Origin: a virus
Taxonomy: Duplodnaviria; Caudoviricetes
Length of the DNA: 52,300 nucleotides
IMG/VR virus record: IMGVR_UViG_3300014913_000017
Coordinates: 1-52,300 of that record
Strand: one strand, 5' to 3'
A program made the position numbers and the translations under genes. The notes below the pieces were generated by a model. It had not been told where the DNA came from, did not search any database, and worked only from the letters and a program-made list of their open reading frames with translations. Shown piece after piece: positions 47,814-52,300 of the stretch. Within the stretch, counting starts at the first letter, position 1. Each line of letters starts with the position of its first letter.

Positions 47814-47919
47814 TTGGTACCGCGTGGGGCTTGGGCCTTGCACACCCCAGGCCCCGCGTGTTAATGCTGTACGCTGTGATAACCAGGGCCCACGCTGTGG
47901 TCCAGGAGGTGAATGTCGC

Positions 47920-48171
47920 ATGGTGCGTGTAAACGTGGAGGAAAAGTTGGGCCTGGATCCGATCGAGTCGAGGCGGGTTCAGGGCCGGGAGGTTTGTGAC
48001 GTGAAGGAGGCGGCACGTGTGCTGTCCGTGTCCCGCGTCACGATCCACCAGTACCTGGGCAACGGCAAGCTGGAGTTCCTTGTCATGCCCGGATCCGGAT
48101 TCAGAAAACCGCTGGTGCGTTCCGTGCGGGCGCTGTTGCGGGAAGTAGCAAAGCACAACACGAGCAACTAG
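47920..48171 (+). CDS. HTH_17/excisionase-like DNA-binding protein
   Basis: SD AGGAGGT. DVKEAARVLSVSRVTIHQYLGNGKL. Confidence 0.75.
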   Translation: MVRVNVEEKLGLDPIESRRVQGREVCDVKEAARVLSVSRVTIHQYLGNGKLEFLVMPGSGFRKPLVRSVRALLREVAKHNTSN

Positions 48172-48191
48172 GAAACAGGAGGGCAACAACC

Positions 48192-49418
48192 ATGGCCGAA
48201 AAGAGGGGACGCCTCCCCATCGAACGTGTACTAACCAATTCCATGCGGAACCTGTGGACCACGTGCCACCGGAGGTTTTATTACCGCCGGGTGGAAGGGC
48301 TGGAACGAATCATCCAGGCCCGCGCCTTGTCCGTGGGCAAGCTGTGGCACTATGGACTGGCCGCGCATTACCTGGGGATCCAGGCCGCCCAGAATGTGGG
48401 CCCCAACCAGGATCCCGGGGATCTCGGATACCCGGAGCCCCATGACGCGGTGGACCAGTTCCTGGCCGCGTACCTGGTGGAACTGGAGGAACTGCCGGAC
48501 CAGGACATGGCCCAGGGTGCCATGGAGGACGCCCGGAAAAACGGGGCCCTGGTCCATGACCTCCTGGAGGCGTACCTGGACCACTGGGACGGGTGGGACC
48601 AGTGGGAAATCCTGGCCGTGGAAACACCGCTGGAAATGCGGCTGTTGACGCCCAAGGGCACCAGGTCACACTGGCGGTTTGCCGGGATCCCTGACGTGGT
48701 GGTGAGGGACAGATCGGACGGACGGATCAAGATCGTGGATCACAAGTCCACCAGCACCATGTCCCGCGAACAGTTCCAGGCGGAACTGGAACTGGATCCC
48801 CAGTCCCGCGGGTACTGTTTGCTGTGGTCCACCCTGAACAATGGGGAGGAGGCTGATTTCGTTTTCGACGTTCAGCGCACCAAGATCCCCAAGCTGCCCG
48901 CCACCACCGTGTGCCCCAAGTGCAACGGCAAGATCAAAAAGGATCCCGCCTTCAACAACCCGGAGTGCCCGGTGTGCAATGGCACCAACGTGAAGGGGAT
49001 CACCGCTCGCAAGAATCTGGACACCACCCCCCAGGCATACCGGGAGGTGTTGGCCAAGTACCCGCACCTGGACCCGGAGGATCCTCAGTACGTGGAGGCA
49101 CTCATGCGACTGGAGGCCCGGGCCGATTGCTGGGCGTATCGTTTCGAGCTTTCCTACACGGCGGAGGAACTGGCGGACTACCACCGGGAGGCGTATGAGG
49201 TCACGCGGGAAATGTCGGAGGCCGGGTACTGGACCCGGAACCTTTCCGCGTGTTTCGCACCTGGGCGCGTGTGCGCGTTCCGCTACCTGTGCCTGTCGGA
49301 AGGCAACAGCGCGAAACAGTCGGAAGCCCGGGCCATGTTCCGCAAGGTGGACGGCACGGTGTCCCCGGATCTCCGGACCGTCGAGGACGCGATCAACTCT
49401 GACATGATCCCCTTTTAG
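48192..49418 (+). CDS. PD-(D/E)XK exonuclease (RecB/Cas4-like) with Zn-ribbon insertion
   Basis: TCHRRFYY, VGKLWH, LAVE, GIPDVV..IVDHKS, Q...Y, C-terminal Cys cluster, internal CPKC..CPVC. Confidence 0.85.
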   Translation: MAEKRGRLPIERVLTNSMRNLWTTCHRRFYYRRVEGLERIIQARALSVGKLWHYGLAAHYLGIQAAQNVGPNQDPGDLGYPEPHDAVDQFLAAYLVELEELPDQDMAQGAMEDARKNGALVHDLLEAYLDHWDGWDQWEILAVETPLEMRLLTPKGTRSHWRFAGIPDVVVRDRSDGRIKIVDHKSTSTMSREQFQAELELDPQSRGYCLLWSTLNNGEEADFVFDVQRTKIPKLPATTVCPKCNGKIKKDPAFNNPECPVCNGTNVKGITARKNLDTTPQAYREVLAKYPHLDPEDPQYVEALMRLEARADCWAYRFELSYTAEELADYHREAYEVTREMSEAGYWTRNLSACFAPGRVCAFRYLCLSEGNSAKQSEARAMFRKVDGTVSPDLRTVEDAINSDMIPF

Positions 49419-49433
49419 CAGGAGGCAACAACC

Positions 49434-50453
49434 ATGGGATTCACACCAGACATTCAACAGGCCAGCGCGGCCAAACTCGAAACCGTCAACGTACTGATCA
49501 CCGGGTTTTCCGGGGGAGGAAAAACCACCCTGGGGGCCACCATGTCCAACCCGCTGATCATCGCACTGGAGGAACAGGGGGTGGTGTCGATCAAGACGAT
49601 CGCACCGGAGGCCAACGTGATCGTGGTCAACGGCCTGGATGACAAGGGCAACCCGATCATTGATCCCCGCACCCAGGTTCCGGTCACGCCCTGGGATCAC
49701 CTGTTCATGGTGTGGGGCTGGGTGAAAACGCAGATCACCGCGGGAACGTTTCCGTACAACGGGATCGTGTTGGATTCCCTCCAGGATTCCATGGACGCCC
49801 TGATCAAGAAACTGTTGGGCCCGCGCAAGGGTGGACCGGAAGACGCCCCCCCTGCCCTCACCATGCAAGAGTGGGGCACGGTGGGCAACCGGGCGCTGGA
49901 CATGATCCGGTTCCTGAAAGCCCTCCCCGTGGACGTGGCCGTGATCACCAAGGCGGAGGAGGTGATGGACGGGGAGGAATTGAAGGTGAGGCCGGGCGCA
50001 CCTGGACGCATGACACCGGACGCCCTCCCGTATCTGTTCAACCTGGTGCTGTATTGCTACAAGGCGATCAACCAGGACGGCGGCCGCCCGGAGTACCTGG
50101 TCCTGACGGACGGCCACAGCAAGTTCAGCACCAAGGGTCACCCGGCCCTCCGTCCCATCGAATCCCAAAACCTGGCGGACATGATCGATCGCATGAAGGG
50201 TGGCGCGGGTGCCGGACTGATCGCGCCCGCGGAGGCCCTGGGTGATGGTGCGGTCACGCTTCCCGATCAGCCCGCCCGCGTGGAACGTCCAGGGGCCAAG
50301 GACGCCAGGGAGGCCAAGGAGGAAAAGCGTGGACGTGGACGTGGGGGCGGTGGGAAAAAGGGAACAGGGAAGCCCCCAGCCCCTCCTGTGACTGGCAAGG
50401 GGAAGGGCAAGGGGAACGGCAACGGCAAGGGCAAAGGCAAGGGAGGCAAGTAG
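49434..50453 (+). CDS. Sak4-like AAA ATPase / single-strand annealing protein
   Basis: Walker A GFSGGGKT, Walker B IVLDSL, QEWG. Lies between exonuclease and SSB. Confidence 0.85.
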   Translation: MGFTPDIQQASAAKLETVNVLITGFSGGGKTTLGATMSNPLIIALEEQGVVSIKTIAPEANVIVVNGLDDKGNPIIDPRTQVPVTPWDHLFMVWGWVKTQITAGTFPYNGIVLDSLQDSMDALIKKLLGPRKGGPEDAPPALTMQEWGTVGNRALDMIRFLKALPVDVAVITKAEEVMDGEELKVRPGAPGRMTPDALPYLFNLVLYCYKAINQDGGRPEYLVLTDGHSKFSTKGHPALRPIESQNLADMIDRMKGGAGAGLIAPAEALGDGAVTLPDQPARVERPGAKDAREAKEEKRGRGRGGGGKKGTGKPPAPPVTGKGKGKGNGNGKGKGKGGK

Positions 50454-50454
50454 C

Positions 50455-51180
50455 ATGATCGATCACAGTGATGACAACGGGGGCGGGGATTACTATCCAG
50501 AGGAGGATCCGTTCGATCCCTCCGATCCAAAGTACCAGCCCCGTGGTGGTTCACGTGGTGGCGGTGGTGGTGGCTCACGGTATGATGTGCCTCCGCCCGC
50601 GTCCCGGTACCCCGTGGTGATCGACCGCTGGGAAATGTCGGAAGAGCCCGGCGGTTCCGGATACCATTTCATCAACATGGCCATGTCCATCCAAATGGAA
50701 GGCAACTGGCACAGATTTTTCATTTGGGAGATCCTGTCCTATTCGCCCAAGTCGGAGGCCAGGTGGGCGGCCCTGTTCAACGCCCTGGGGTGGACGCCAG
50801 CCCACGGCCCGTTCAACCGCACCGATCCCAACGTGCTGGCCCAGTGGTTTGATTCCGGGATCATTTTCTGGGTGCAGACAAAGATCGAAACCTATCGTGG
50901 AAAGCGGAAGGCCAAGATCGCGTACTACATCCCGCGGGAAGAACAGCCACCCATGGGCGCGGACGGACATCCCCAGGGCCAGCCCCAGGACAACCGCCCG
51001 GCCGGGAGGCCCATGAGCCAGGACGGCCACACCCAGGGGGACGGCCAGGAGGATTACCCACCGCCACAGCAAGATCCCAGCGGGATCCAGGATCCGTTCA
51101 GTTCCGATTTCGAGGGCGGCGGGGGATCGGGATCTGGAACAGGTGGTGAGCCTGACGACGACGATTCCATGCCATTCTGA
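50455..51180 (+). CDS. DUF669-like single-stranded DNA-binding protein
   Basis: PPASRYPVVI..SGYHFI..KIETYRGK OB pattern, acidic tail DDDDSMPF. Confidence 0.75.
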   Translation: MIDHSDDNGGGDYYPEEDPFDPSDPKYQPRGGSRGGGGGGSRYDVPPPASRYPVVIDRWEMSEEPGGSGYHFINMAMSIQMEGNWHRFFIWEILSYSPKSEARWAALFNALGWTPAHGPFNRTDPNVLAQWFDSGIIFWVQTKIETYRGKRKAKIAYYIPREEQPPMGADGHPQGQPQDNRPAGRPMSQDGHTQGDGQEDYPPPQQDPSGIQDPFSSDFEGGGGSGSGTGGEPDDDDSMPF

Positions 51181-51195
51181 TCGGTGGGTGACGGC

Positions 51196-51618
51196 ATGAA
51201 TGCAACCAAGGTGTGCAAGTGGTGTGGGAAGTGCAAGTCCCTGGGTGATTTCTACAAACACCCCGGAATGAAGGACGGCCACCTGAACAAATGCAAGGCG
51301 TGTGTGATCGAGTATGCCAGGGCGGATCGCCAGGCACGGCTGGAGGTTCACCGCGCCAGGGATCGTGAGCGATACAGGACACCGCACAGGCGGGCCCAGT
51401 TGGTGGCCTGTGTGAAAAAACACCGGAGGTGCAACCCGGACAAGGCCAGGGCGCGTTCCGCTGTGAGCCGTGCGATCAGGGAGGGCAAGCTGGAGCGGAA
51501 GCCTTGCGAGGTGTGCGGATACACCAAGGTGGAGGGCCACCATGATGATTATGCCAGGCCCTTGGAGGTGCGGTGGCTATGCCGCCCACACCACCGCCAA
51601 GTCCACAGGGAGGCGTGA
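51196..51618 (+). CDS. Zn-finger/HNH-like protein
   Basis: CKWC..CKAC and PCEVCG..EGHHDDYARPLEVRWLCRPHH. Confidence 0.75.
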   Translation: MNATKVCKWCGKCKSLGDFYKHPGMKDGHLNKCKACVIEYARADRQARLEVHRARDRERYRTPHRRAQLVACVKKHRRCNPDKARARSAVSRAIREGKLERKPCEVCGYTKVEGHHDDYARPLEVRWLCRPHHRQVHREA

Positions 51619-51621
51619 ACC

Positions 51622-52300
51622 GTGGCTAGATACAGGAGGGTGTCCGTCCGTGTGTGGGGGGATCAGTTTTTCCAGGGGCTGAGTGATGGGGCCAAGCTGG
51701 TGTGGTTCTATTTGCTCACGTCCCCGCAAACGTCCCCGTGTGGGATCTTCACGTTCAGTCCGGACAGGGGGGCGCGTGACCTAAAACTAACAGCGGAACA
51801 AATGCGGGAACGGTTCCGGGAACTAATGATCCACGCCCCGGAAACCACGCTGAAATGGGACCGCGATCACCTGGTGGTTTGGCTTCCGAAATTCCTGGAA
51901 CACAACACGCCAAACAACCCCAACGCGATCGTGTCCTGGGTGCCGTACATCGAAGGGCTCCCGGAGGAATGCCCATTGATTCCAGAGTGGTATCAGACAA
52001 CGGAACAGATACTGAAACCGTTGCGGGGTTCAATCGTTAATCAGTTCCGCCGTTTGTTCCGGCAACGAATGGCGGAACCCAAACCCCCAAGATCAAGAGC
52101 AATAACAAGATCAAGATCCGGAGGGGATCAGGGAGGAGGATCAGGAGGGGATCCGGATCTGCCCAGTCACCCGCCAGCGGGTGCCGGGGCCCAGCCACCT
52201 CCCGCCGGGATTGCCCAGGAAAAGATCGCCAAGGGGAAGCTGGCTGGCAAGGTGCGGTTCACTGGGCGTGGGGATCTACGGTACGACTGGGTGGACCACA
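51622..52300 (+). CDS. 3'-truncated phage replication initiator (absent from the ORF track)
   Basis: SD GGAGG and GTG. MARYRRVSVRVWGDQFFQGLSDGAKLVWFYLLTSPQTSPCGIF is a typical replisome-organiser wHTH N-terminus. Frame runs off the window. Confidence 0.75.
   Translation, partial: MARYRRVSVRVWGDQFFQGLSDGAKLVWFYLLTSPQTSPCGIFTFSPDRGARDLKLTAEQMRERFRELMIHAPETTLKWDRDHLVVWLPKFLEHNTPNNPNAIVSWVPYIEGLPEECPLIPEWYQTTEQILKPLRGSIVNQFRRLFRQRMAEPKPPRSRAITRSRSGGDQGGGSGGDPDLPSHPPAGAGAQPPPAGIAQEKIAKGKLAGKVRFTGRGDLRYDWVDH

Noticed and set aside
48192-49418. Cas4-like nuclease suggesting a CRISPR system
   Set aside because: No repeat-spacer array or other cas genes. The exonuclease-Sak4-SSB context is a standard phage recombination module.
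2654-50456. Many long minus-strand ORFs (e.g. 2654..4225, 6371..8317, 19871..21478, 48666..50456)
   Set aside because: Antisense shadows of well-supported plus-strand genes in high-GC DNA, with no motifs or SDs.
1-52300. Stop-codon reassignment, tRNA genes, introns or inteins
   Set aside because: Genes are dense and intact under the standard code, ending in TAA, TAG and TGA. No cloverleaf, intron or intein signature was recognised by eye.

Overview
The window is a contiguous, high-GC segment of a tailed dsDNA phage with a contractile tail (myovirus morphotype). Almost all genes are on the + strand. It starts inside a probable minor head (MuF-type) gene ending in a HEXXH metallopeptidase domain. 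It then runs through a head module (two scaffold-like proteins, a 1268-aa multidomain protein ending in an XkdF/S78-type prohead protease, major capsid protein), a fibre cluster, neck, sheath, tube, chaperone, tape measure, baseplate, tail fibre and holin-like membrane genes (to ~38.96 kb). After an AT-rich break come early genes: Toprim, SNF2/HARP helicase, HTH, PD-(D/E)XK exonuclease, Sak4-like ATPase, DUF669-like SSB, a Zn-finger/HNH-like protein and a truncated replication initiator. The most unusual element is the head operon. The prohead protease is the C-terminal domain of a polyprotein that appears to carry two ASCH-like domains, a minimal nucleotidyltransferase and two LigD-type phosphoesterase-like domains, with hydrophobic-x-Lys candidate cleavage sites at the boundaries. 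The protease's last conserved segment (EVSLVD..AN) is encoded at the start of the next gene. My inference is a capsid-packaged, self-processing nucleic-acid end-repair cargo system. No terminase, portal, integrase, endolysin, tRNA, CRISPR array or reverse transcriptase was recognised. All domain calls are by-eye motif recognition, not database results.
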